The notes: generated from the sequence alone by a model not told the origin. Positions 52,664 through 63,121 are shown, counted from the first letter of the stretch. The stretch: 64,000 nucleotides of DNA from an uncultured Acidobacteriaceae bacterium (GCA_963745555.1 CAVUXX010000003.1:216921-280920), one strand, 5' to 3'. Made by a program: numbers and translations.

Positions 52664-53810
52664 ATGTGGGTGGCGACTTTGGCAATCCCTCTTGCGGGAT
52701 GTAAATCAGCAGCAGACAAGAAACCGCCTTCACCGGCAGCAGTAGAAGTTGCGGCAGTTATGCCCAAGCCAATTCATCTGTCTGACGAATTCAACGGCCG
52801 CGTCGCATCCATCAATTCCGTAGATGTGCGGGGCCAGGGTGACAGGCTACGTGGATGAGGTTGCCTATCGAGAGGGAGACAGCGTAAAGCGCGGCGAGTT
52901 GCTGTTCGTCATTGATCCACGACCTTTCCACGATGCTCTCGACAGTGCAAAGGCAAACCTGGAACGCGAGCAGGCAGCGGCGGCGTTTGCGAATATTCAG
53001 GAGAAAAGAGCGCAAAGGCTGAATGCTTCCGAGGCGATTTCGCAGGAAGAATATCAGAATCGTGACTCCGATCTGTCTCAGAGCACTGCGCGCGTGCATG
53101 AGGCAGAATCTGCGGTTTCAACCGCAGAACTTAATCTATCCTTTACGGAAGTACGATCCCCGATTGATGGACGGACCAGCCGAGCCCAGCTCACGCGCGG
53201 AAATCTTGCCCAAGCCGATCAAACGGTGCTAACCACGGTCGTGTCACAAGACCCCATCTATGTGTACTTCGATTGCGATGAGCAGAGTTATTTGCGTTTC
53301 CAGGAAAGAGTACATCGCGCAAGCGGAGTGAGTCCGGCGAACCCCGTGCGTGTCGAGTTGGCGAATGAGACCGGCTTTCCTCATGTCGGCCGGATTGATT
53401 TTCTTGATAACGAGCTCAATCCATCGACCGGAACAATTCGTGCCCGCGTCGTACTTCCCAATCCTGACCATCTATTCGCGCCAGGTCTTTATGCGCGTGT
53501 CCAGCTTGAAAGCACCGGCATCGTGCAGGCGCTCCTGGTTGATGACAAAGCGATTCTTACCGATCAGGACCAGAAGTATGTATACGTGGTCGGCCCCGGT
53601 AATGTGGCGCAGCGCAAAGATGTCGTAACGGGCGGCATGGCAGACGGCCTGCGTGTGATTCAATCTGGTCTCGCCCTCGGGGACAAAGTGATCGTGAGCG
53701 GATTGCAACAGATCTACGTCGCCGGTACGCCTGTGACTCCCACACAAGTCGCAATGGGATTTGTAACTGCCAGCGGTGCCTCCACTCCCTCTCTGGAAGC
53801 GCGCAAGTAA
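52664..53810 (+). CDS. RND periplasmic adaptor (MexE/OqxA/SmeV-like); +1 indel at ~52831
   Basis: Lipobox LAGC, SDEFNGRV.....VDVR|ARVTGYVD, LFVIDPRP, VRSPIDGR, IDFLDN, TGTIRAR, TDQDQKYV. Confidence 0.85.
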
Positions 53811-56800
53811 GGAGCAGACAGATCATGGATTTCTCAAAATTCTTCATTGACCGCCCGATCTTCGCAATCGTCCTATCCATCATCATCTTTTCTCTCGGAT
53901 TGATCGCCATTCCCATGCTTCCATTCGGGGAATATCCCGAAGTCGTCCCCCCGAGTGTGATCGTCCATGCTACCTATCCCGGCGCAAACCCGAAGGAAAT
54001 AGCGGACTCTGTCGCTGAGCCTCTCGAAGAGGCGATTAACGGTGTCGAAGGCGTTATGTACATGAAGTCTGTTTCCGGCTCCGATGGCAGCCTTCAGGTC
54101 GTGGTCACCTTTCGGCCCGGAGTCGATCCCGATACTGCAGCCGTACGCGTGCAAAACAGGGTCAGCGAGGCACTGTCGCGATTGCCCGATGAGGTGCGCC
54201 AGTTCGGAGTAACCACGCAGAAACAATCTCCCACGCCGCTCATGTACGTGAGCTTGTATTCCCCTGACAATCGTTACGACTCACTGTACCTGCGTAACTA
54301 CGCGGTCCTGCATATCAGGGACGAGTTGTCGCGCCTACCCGGTATTGGTGATGTCCAGATGATAGGTTCCGGCGATTATGCAATGCGTCTCTGGCTCGAC
54401 CCGAACCAACTCGCCTCGCGCGGTCTTACCGCCGCCGACGTGGTCAATGCTGTGCGCGAGCAGAACGTCCAAGTGTCGGCAGGCTAACTCGGCGCTGAGC
54501 CCTCGCCGAACACAACTGACTTTCTGATCTCGCTCAACGTGCAAGGCCGCCTGCGCACTGCGCAGGAGTTTGGCGACATCGTGCTCAAAGATGGTGCGGA
54601 CGGCCAGATCGTACATCTCCGCGATGTGGCGCGGGTGGAACTCGGCTCCAGCGACTACACCATGGATATGTACTCCGACACCCAGAAAGCTGTCGCGATC
54701 GGAATATTTCTTACCCCGGGCGCCAACGCTTTAGGGGTCGCCAATACGGTGTATACACGGATGCGCGAGTTGTCTCGAGACTTTCCTGCGGGCATCGCCT
54801 ACAAGCCAATATGGGACCCAACGGTGTTCGTGCGCGAATCGATCCGTGCGGTTGAGCATACGTTGATAGAGGCCGTAGTGCTGGTGGTGCTGGTGGTGAT
54901 TCTGTTCCTGCAGACCTGGCGCGCCTCCATCATTCCGCTTATTGCGGTGCCAGTCTCTGTGGCTGGCACATTTGCGTGGCTATACCTATTGGGTTACTCG
55001 ATCAACACGCTGACACTGTTCGGCCTGGTACTTGCGATCGGCATCGTCGTCGACGACGCCATTGTTGTGGTCGAGAATGTCGAGCGCAATATCCAGGAGG
55101 GCTTAAGTCCGCGTGATGCTGCCCACCGGGCTATGAGAGAAGTATCAGGTCCCATCGTTGCGATCGCGCTGGTGCTCTGTGCGGTGTTCGTGCCGATGGC
55201 GTTTCTCTCCGGCGTCACGGGCCAGTTCTACAGACAGTTCGCGGTAACCATCGCGATCTCGACCGTGATATCGGCGGTCAACTCACTGACTTTGTCGCCA
55301 GCGCTTGCGGCAAAGTTGCTCAGAGGCCACGATGCGCCCAAAGATGTGCTGGCGCGCGGCATCGAGCGCACGTTTGGCTGGCTGTTTCGCCCGTTTAATC
55401 GCTTCTTTGAGCGTAGTTCGGAGGACTATCACGGTACGGTGGGGCGCACACTACGTCACCGGGGGGTTGTGTTCGCGGCGTATGCGGTTCTGTTGGCCGC
55501 GACCGCACTGTTGTTTAACAAAGTGCCGGGGGGATTCATTCCAACTCAGGACAAACTCTATCTTTTCTGCGGGGCCAAGCTGCCTGAAGGCGCCTCGCAC
55601 GCCCGTACCGATGCGGTGACACACAGGATGATCGATGTGGCGCACAGTGTGGATGGTGTCGATATGGTGGCCGCCCTCTCAGGCTTTAGTGCCCTGCAGC
55701 AAGTCAATACGCCCAATCTTACCGTGGCCTACGTTATCCTCAAGCCGTTTGTTGAACGCCGTCACAGCGCAGCAGAAATCAACGCAGAGCTTAACGCCAG
55801 GTTTGCGAACATCAAGGGTGGCTTCACCTATGCGTTGATGCCGCCACCGATTCAGGGTCTCGGCAACGGCTCCGGCTATTCGCTTTATCTTGAGGATCGA
55901 GAAGGGCTCGGGTATGGTGCCCTACAGAATGCGTTGAGCGCGTTCCAGAGCGCCGTGGCGCAAACGCCAGGTATGACCTATCCCGTCAGTTCCTATCAGG
56001 CAAACATCCCCCAACTCGAAATCAAGGTGGATCGGGTGAAAGCTAAGGCGCAGGGGGTTGCGTTAACCGATCTATTCGACACTCTGCAGACCTATCTTGG
56101 CTCGGTCTATATCAACGACTTCAATATATTCGGACGCGTCTACCGAGTGATGGCGCTGGCGGATACCACCGATCGCCAGCGAGTGGAGGACATCGGCAAT
56201 CTACGTGTGCGCAATGCGCGCGGCGAGATGGTGCCTATAGGCTCGATCGTCACGATAGCACCGAGCTATGGACCCGATCCTGTCATGCGTTATAACGGCT
56301 ACCCGGCTGCCGATCTCATCGGCGATTCCGATCCCAAAATACTCTCATCCGGCCAGGTGGTCGCCAAACTGACGGAGATCGCCCACAGAGTGCTGCCCCG
56401 TGGCATCGTGCTCGAGTGGACAGACTTGAGCTATCAGCAGGTGACTCAGAGCCATGCAGCCGCGGTGGTATTTCCACTCGCAGTGATGCTGGCCTTTCTT
56501 GTGCTCGCCGCTCTTTATGAGAGTTGGACGCTGCCGCTTGCAGTCATCTTGATTGTGCCCGTCTGCATGTGCGCGGCCCTTCTTGGCGTGTGGCTCAAGG
56601 GTAGCGACAACAATGTGTTCGTACAGGTGGGCTTAGTAGTTTTGATGGGCCTGGCATGCAAGAACGCAATTCTCATCGTCGAGTTCGCTCGAGAGTTAGA
56701 GCTTCAGGGCAAAAGCATCGTCGAAGCTGCGCTCGAAGCCTGTCGCATGGGTCTGCGTCCGATCGTGATGACGTCGATCGCCTTTATTGGCGGTTCGATC

Positions 56801-56934
56801 CCGCTGCTCCTGGGGCACGACGCCGGCAGCGAGGTTCGGGCCGCGACCGGTATCACAGTCTTCTCCGGGATGCTGGGTGTGACATTGTTTGGTCTCTTTC
56901 TGACACCTGTGTTCTAGTATTACAACGTTAAGTA

Positions 56935-56964
56935 TTGACATTATGATTTAAACATTGATACGTT
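56935..56964 (+). promoter_or_regulatory. Transposase promoter, probably giving a leaderless mRNA
   Basis: TTGACA, 18 bp spacer, TACGTT with extended TG. ATG follows 5 nt later at 56970 with no Shine-Dalgarno. Confidence 0.55.
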
Positions 56965-56969
56965 CGGGC

Positions 56970-58193
56970 ATGACCGAGGATCAGATCGCCAAGTCACGTC
57001 AGCGGTTGGAGCGATTCCTGCTTGACTTGCTGGAGCCGATGGGCCGCAGCGAGCGGCGGCATTGGGGCGAATTGTACGTGCGTGGCCTGCTTCAGGACGG
57101 GGAACGAAAATCGATCGAGCCGATGGCCTCCCGACTGCCGGATGGGAATGTGCAGTCCATGCAGCAGTTCGTCGGACAGAGCCCTTGGGAGTGGCTGGAA
57201 GTCTGGGCGCGGTTGGGAAAGCGGATGACTGCGGAGTTGGAACCGGATTCGGCGTGGGTGGTGGACGACACCGGGTTTCCCAAACAAGGCGAGGATTCGG
57301 TGGGCGTGGATCGGCAGTATTCCGGGACACTGGGCAAAACCGGCAATTGCCAGGTAGCGGTGAGTCTGCACCATGTGGGCGAACAGGGGAATGCGGTTCT
57401 GGGCTGGCGATTGTATCTGCCGGAGAGTTGGACGAAAGACTCAGCGAGGCGCCAGGCGGCGGGGGTTCCGGAAGAAGTTGTCTTCAAGAAAAAGTGGGAA
57501 CTGGCGCTGGATCTTCTCGATCAAGCACGAGGTTGGGGCTTGCCGGACCGGATTGTGCTTGGTGATGCGGGATACGGCGAGGCCACGGAGTTTCGCGAAG
57601 GTTTGGAAGAGCGAGGTCTACGCTACGCAGTGGGCATCGCGCCGCAAACCGGAGTCTGGGCCAAAGCGCCCAAGATCAAAGTGCCGGAATATAGCGGGCG
57701 CGGCGCTCCCCCGAAGAGGTGGGACTACGGGGACCAAAGGCCGAGCTCGGTGAAAGACGTGGCGCTGAAGGCCAAAGGCTGGAAGAAGGTTCGTTGGCGC
57801 GAGGGGACCAAAGGCTGGTTGGAGTCACGCTTCCTCGCTCTGCGGGTACAGCCGTCCCACGGATTCGTCGATGGAGATCCGCCGCACAAGGAAATCTGGC
57901 TACTGGTGGAGTGGCCGGAAGCGGAGAAGGAACCGATCAAATACTTCTTCTGCGATCTGCCCCCCAGCTACACACTGCGCCGCCTGGTGCGCATCACCAA
58001 GTGCCGGTGGAAGATCGAACAAGACTACCATCAGTTGAAGGAAGAGCTGGGCCTGGATCATTACGAAGGAAGGAGTTGGAACGGCTGGCACCATCACGTA
58101 ACCCTGGTGATGCTGGCGCACTCCTTCCTGACCCTGGAAACTTTGCGCCGTAAAAAAAACTTCTGGGTGGACCCTGCCAAGGACTCGGCGTGA
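56970..58193 (+). CDS. IS701-family DDE transposase
   Basis: YVRGLL..GERKSIEPMA, QQFV..SPW, VDDTGFPKQG..SVGV.RQYSGTLGK.GNCQ, GDAGYG, RWKIEQDY..LKEELGLDHYEGRSW.GWHHH. Confidence 0.95.
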   Translation: MTEDQIAKSRQRLERFLLDLLEPMGRSERRHWGELYVRGLLQDGERKSIEPMASRLPDGNVQSMQQFVGQSPWEWLEVWARLGKRMTAELEPDSAWVVDDTGFPKQGEDSVGVDRQYSGTLGKTGNCQVAVSLHHVGEQGNAVLGWRLYLPESWTKDSARRQAAGVPEEVVFKKKWELALDLLDQARGWGLPDRIVLGDAGYGEATEFREGLEERGLRYAVGIAPQTGVWAKAPKIKVPEYSGRGAPPKRWDYGDQRPSSVKDVALKAKGWKKVRWREGTKGWLESRFLALRVQPSHGFVDGDPPHKEIWLLVEWPEAEKEPIKYFFCDLPPSYTLRRLVRITKCRWKIEQDYHQLKEELGLDHYEGRSWNGWHHHVTLVMLAHSFLTLETLRRKKNFWVDPAKDSA

Positions 58194-58369
58194 AATCCAA
58201 TACTTACTCTTCACGTGGACAGGCAACTGCGCTTACTGCGGGGTCGCGGTGGGCCACTCGCACGGTCCATAGCACTTAACGTTGTAATACTATGTGGCCC
58301 TGCGTACATGGACGAAAAAAGAGTTTCGCGAAGAGTGGGAAGAAGCTCGCGAAGAATTGGAGGAGAGCA

Positions 58370-59811
58370 ATGCTTAATCGCAAATCGATTCTGGCAACAG
58401 TGCTCTCTCTTGGGCTTACCGCATGTTCCGTTGGTCCCGTTACAAAAAGCCAACGCTCGCGCTTCCACAGCAGTTCGCCGCTCCCGCAACAACGACCGTT
58501 GACGTCATTTCCCACGCGGACGCGAGCGATCCGGAGTTCTGGCATAGTTTCAATGACCCTGAACTCGACTCGCTTGTGCAGCGTGCGCTTACCGCGAACA
58601 ACGATTTGCGCGCGGCTCTGGCTCATTACGACAGCGCCAATGCCTTATTGCATGAAGCAAAGTTCGACCGCATTCCTACGGTAACGATGAGTACGAGCGT
58701 GGGAAGACAGAAATTGAGCGCTTTCCAGGCGTTTGGTTATCCGCGGAATAATCGCTCTTTCGACCCGGAGATCAATGCGAGTTGGGAACTCGATCTCTTT
58801 GGCCGCGTTCGTCACAACATCGAGGCGCACCGCCAGCAGACGCTTGCGGATGCAAGCGATCTTGCTGCGATGCAGGTTACCGTGGTTGGAGAAGTTGCGG
58901 GTACTTATATCGACCTCCGAGGACGGCAGGAACTTCTTCGGATCGCGCGAAAGAATGCTGAAAACGAGCAGGAAACAGTACGTCTGGTTCAGGCGGCTTA
59001 CTCGGCTGGTAGAGGAACACAGTTCGATACGGCGAGAACACGCGCCCTTCTCGAGACAACGACCTCGCGCATTCCGGACCTGCTCGCTGCGATCGCGCTC
59101 GACCAACATCGTCTTGCCGCGCTATGCGGGCTCCCCCCAGATGCTCTCGTCTCTGAGCTTGAAGCGGCAAGGCCACTACCCGACCTTCCCCGACGGATCG
59201 ATCCCGGCACACCAACTGATTTTGTTCGCCGTCGTCCCGATGTAAGCGCATCGGAGCAACGCCTGCATGCCGTGACAGAACAAATTGGTATTGCCACCGC
59301 TGACCTTTTTCCGCGTGTCAACTTCGCTGGCCTTCTTGGTCTGAACGAGTTTCATGGGGGTACACCGTTTGACGGGGTCAGCGCTGTGAACCTGGCTGCA
59401 TTGAACATCGATTGGTCTTTTCTTGACCGAGGAAGAGTTCGCGCTCGAATCGCAGCCAGCCGGGCCGATGGCGATGCACAACTCGCCGAGTATCAGCAGT
59501 CGGTTCTCCTGGCTCTCGAGGACGTTGAGAACGCTCTTGTGAGCTATGCGAGATCCCAGGATCGTGATGTTCAACTCCAGTTCGCCGCCAAGGATAGTAA
59601 ACGTGCAGCCGATCTTGCCAGTGTTCGTTATAGGGAGGGAGCTACCAGCTTACTGGACCTGCTGGACGCGCAGAGAGTTGAACTGCAGGCCGAAGATGCT
59701 TATGCCGAAAGCCATTCCAACAGCGCCCTCTCTGCCGTTCTACTGTACAAATCGCTTGCCGGCGGATGGTCGCAAACTCTTCCTACGGCTGCGAGAGGCG
59801 GAAGACCCTGA
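58370..59811 (+). CDS. Outer membrane efflux lipoprotein (OprN/SmeX-like); -1 indel at ~58437
   Basis: MLNRK...LTACSVGP|RYKKP, FWHSFNDPELDSLV, SWELDLFGR, RRRPDV, YKSLAGGW. Confidence 0.88.
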
Positions 59812-59952
59812 TCCGCCGCGCTTTTCGTAGCGATTGCCGGCGTCAACCGGGAGACTGCCGAAACTCTGGTTAAGGGCGCACACAACATCTGCCCATACTC
59901 GAACGCAATTAGAGGAAAAGTCGCCGTGAAGACGACTGCTTCGGTTTCGTAA
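59812..59952 (+). pseudogene. ohr: 3' fragment of an Ohr/OsmC organic hydroperoxide resistance gene
   Basis: AALFVAIAGVNRETAETLVKGAHNICPYSNAIRGKVAVKT* contains the Ohr (V/I)CPYS motif; it begins immediately after the OMF stop. Confidence 0.75.
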
Positions 59953-59995
59953 AGTCAGTGGCCCGCCATCCGACCGGAACCAGCAGTCTTCATTG

Positions 59996-60910
59996 TTATC
60001 TCGGCTCAAGAACGGCAAAGTGCTCGGTGTGATCGATGAAGACGCGCCGGAAGAGCCCTATCGTCAGCACACCGTCGAACCCCTTTGCAATGGAATCTTT
60101 CTGTGAACCGGCGAGACTGAAGAACGGCACGCCGGTCAATTCGAGTGGGCCGATCTTCAGATCCTGCAGTGGCAAAGCCGAAAAGATCCGCTGCGCTCCA
60201 TCCACACCGCTTCCGCGCAAGGCCACGGTTTGAGACAGCTGCAGCGCCATGTATTGAGAGGTGTTGTAGAGGATGGGAGCATTCGCGCCGGAGTCGAGCA
60301 CGAGGCGAACGGGCCGTGTCCCGTCGGTTAGATGGGCCGCGATGATGAGCAAATCGGGCAACGCCGCGCCGTTCGCCGGCTCAGCCGAAGCCACGAGCGG
60401 GATATGCGTTGCCTTCACGCCGGATCGCATCGCACCCGTGTCATCGAGGCAAAGCAAACTGTGTGCATTGTCGATCAACAGGTCGAAGTGCTCGAGAAAG
60501 TCCTCGCCGAGGATTCCCTGAATGTGCAGGTCGGCGGACTGGAGATTCTGGAGATCATAGACAACGACCCTCTGGTTGGCAACGGAGTGAGAACCCGCTT
60601 CGAGCAGGTCCAACTTCGCGATGGAAGCAGACTGACGCGATCCCGCGCCTGCGACTATAGCCGCGCCCTGGGTTTCCAGGTGAAGTCCCGTGGCCAGCGA
60701 AGGATCGATCATCGTGATCTGGGTGCCGGTGTCCAATTGGAAGTTGTAGGGTCCAGTGTGGTTGATGGATACAGCCAAAACAATCAGGTGGCGGTTGACG
60801 AGGCGGAAGGGTAGACTGGCGACATTTCCAGGGCAATGCGTTTCTGCCGGAAGCGCGGGGACTATGGTTGCTGCAAGAACCAGGGAAGCGAAACTCTTGA
60901 AATTTGTCAT
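59996..60910 (-). CDS. Secreted double-domain retropepsin-like aspartyl protease
   Basis: Signal peptide (ALPA-E), FQLDTGT...GILGEDFL and LVLDSGA...FDGVL: two retropepsin lobes in one chain. Confidence 0.85.
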   Translation of the reverse strand: MTNFKSFASLVLAATIVPALPAETHCPGNVASLPFRLVNRHLIVLAVSINHTGPYNFQLDTGTQITMIDPSLATGLHLETQGAAIVAGAGSRQSASIAKLDLLEAGSHSVANQRVVVYDLQNLQSADLHIQGILGEDFLEHFDLLIDNAHSLLCLDDTGAMRSGVKATHIPLVASAEPANGAALPDLLIIAAHLTDGTRPVRLVLDSGANAPILYNTSQYMALQLSQTVALRGSGVDGAQRIFSALPLQDLKIGPLELTGVPFFSLAGSQKDSIAKGFDGVLTIGLFRRVFIDHTEHFAVLEPR

Positions 60911-60970
60911 TGCAGAGCTCCTGAGCCGGGTAGGCTGAGGTCACTCTGGGCGGGTGGTTCTGCATGGTCT

Positions 60971-61018
60971 TGGCGGAACTATGACGAAATTCCGACCACG
61001 TATGGCGGTTTTATGACG
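60971..61018. promoter_or_regulatory. Pho-box-like 11-bp-periodic direct repeats (putative OmpR/PhoB-type wHTH binding array)
   Basis: TGGCGGAACTATGACG (60971-60986) and TGGCGGTTTTATGACG (61003-61018); the minus strand reads CCGTCAT-AAAA-CCGCCAT. Confidence 0.55.
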
Positions 61019-63121
61019 GAGAGTAAGTCCTTTGTTTTCCGCTTCGGAGACGTGGAGATTCGCGAGCGGGAGTTCTGCCTGGTAAAGGCGGGCGAGGTTT
61101 CGCCGATCGAGCCAAAGGCGTTTCGCGTCCTTTTATTCCTTCTCCACAACCCGCAAAAACTCATCACGAAGGAGGAGTTGCTGGACGCGGTATGGGCCGA
61201 CGCGGCGGTCACCGAAAGCTCTCTCACGCGCAGCATCGCGAAGCTGCGCCGCGCGCTGGGAGATGACATCCGCGAGCCGCGCTACATCGCCACCGTGGCG
61301 ACGGTCGGGTATCGGTTCATTGGCAAGGTCGAAGTTTCTGAGGAGCCTTCAGGAGTACGGGAGAACACCGAAGAGCCACCTGGCTTGAGCGGCGTCGGAA
61401 AGAAGGTTCAAAGCCGGAAGCAATTACGGGGCTGGGCGCTGGCCGGAGGCGCCGTGTTCGCTCTATGCCTTGCGGGCGCCATCTGGTATCTGCACCGCCC
61501 GCTACCGCCAGCCGCGCATCACGGGATACAACCAGATCACCCATGACGGCCGCCAGAAGATTCTCGTCGGAACGGACGGGAGCCGGCTCTACTTCAATTG
61601 GATGTCGGGTCCGATATCGCCCCAGTCAGTCGCTCAGGTCGCAATCTCGGGCGGAGGGATTGCACCGGTCCCGGTTGCATTACCCAACCCGTTCCTGATG
61701 GACGTTTCGCCGAATGGGTCCAGCTTTATCGTTCGTGCGGACACAGGATTATGGAATGTGCGGATCCTGGGAGGCCAGGCTCGCCACCTGGGAGATGCCT
61801 GGGACGCGTCCTTTTCACCGGACGGGAACTCCGTGGCCTTTGCCCCGGATGGAGGTGACATCTACGTCGCGGGGAGCGATGGGACGGGAACGCACAAACT
61901 GGCCCTTGCTGGAGACACCGTCAGCGACATCGCCTGGTCTCCGGACGGCGGTGCGATCCGGTTTACCATGAAGGACCGGATTTGGGAGATGTCTTCGAGC
62001 GGATCGGGGCTTCACGAGGTGATGCCCGGTTGGCACGGCTCCTCCGCTGAATGCTGTGGCAAGTGGACTCCTGACGGGAAACTCTTCCTGTTCATTTCGG
62101 ATGGGCAGATTTGGGCTCTCGACGAGCGCCGCGGGCTGTTCCGCCGGCCGCCAGCGGAACCGATTCAATTGACTCAAGGCCCCATCCGCTGGGGCGGACC
62201 ACTGCCGGGCACCTACTTTCCCGGGGAATTCTGGGGAGGACCCGTTCCAAGCAAGGACGGAAGCAGAATATTCGCGCTGGGCTTATCACCCCGAGGTGAG
62301 CTTTCCCGGTTCGATCCGAAGACCAAACAGTTCCAGCCCTTCCTGGGAGGCATCTCCGCCCAGGGTGTCTCCTACTCCAAAGACGGCAAGTCGATAGCCT
62401 ATGTCTCCTACCCCGAAGGCATCCTGTGGAAGGCGAACAGCGATGGAAGCAACCCGGTGCAACTGACCGACCCTCCGCTCCAGGCTTTCATGCCCCGCTG
62501 GTCGCCAGACGGCAAGCAGATCTCCTTTGCGGGCGATTATCCTGGACCGAATGGGGCATTTTACATCGTCTCCTCAGACGGCGGCAGCCCGCGGAAGTTT
62601 CTCGCCCAGGACCAACATCTGGATGGGTTTCTTACCTGGTCGCCCGATGGACACCGGATGGCCGGCACTTCGACCGCTGCGGACGGAAGATTCGTTGTGG
62701 TAATTCTCAACCTCGACACTGGCCAGGACACAATCATTCCCGGATCGGCTGACTTGTTTGAGCCACGCTGGTCTCCGGACGGCCGATATCTCGCAGCCGT
62801 TGGTTTGGAAATCTAGCAGCTGAAAGTATTCGATTTGAAGACAGGAAAATGGTCAGAACTTGCGCAAGGGGGATCGGCGGATTGTCCTGAGTGGTCAGGC
62901 GGATAGCGAGTTCATTTATTTCAGGCGCGTCAGCGGCGACACTGGGACTGTTTCGAGTCCGCCCCAGTGGTGGCAGGGCGGAGAAGATCGTCGATCTGAA
63001 GGATTGGCACGACGCGGGATGGTTTGGAAGGTATATGGGTCTCGACCCCACAGACGCGCCGTTGCTGCTCCGCGACATTGGAAGCGAGGATATCTACGCC
63101 CTCACTTTGGATCAGAAATGA
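61013..63121 (+). CDS. CadC/ToxR-like membrane-anchored regulator: OmpR/PhoB wHTH + TM + TolB-like (PD40) beta-propeller; broken at ~61510, 62814 (TAG), ~62898 and ~62941
   Basis: FRFGD, IEPKAFRVLLFL, ITKEELLDAVW, SLTRSIAKLRRALGD...PRYIATV..VGYRF; TM WALAGGAVFALCLAGAIWYL; repeated WSPDG/FSPDG blades; end DIYALTLDQK*. Confidence 0.85.

Larger units (their letters stand above)
56917..58290 (+). mobile_element. Complete IS701-family insertion sequence (1374 bp)
   Basis: Perfect 17-bp terminal inverted repeats GTATTACAACGTTAAGT (56917-56933) and ACTTAACGTTGTAATAC (58274-58290), flanked by duplicated TA. Removing it restores TTC-TAT-GTG (F-Y-V) of the RND gene. Confidence 0.95.
53825..58377 (+). 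pseudogene. RND permease (MexF/OqxB/SmeW-like) interrupted by an in-frame TAA (54485-54487) and an IS701-family insertion (56917-58290)
   Basis: [57 protein letters not shown] | IS | YVALRTW...EESNA*. Confidence 0.88.

Noticed and set aside
58324-58368. Imperfect 21-bp tandem repeat (TCGCGAAGAGTGGGAAGAAG / TCGCGAAGAATTGGAGGAGA)
   Set aside because: Only two copies encoding REEWEEA/REELEES in the RND tail; not a CRISPR or regulatory array
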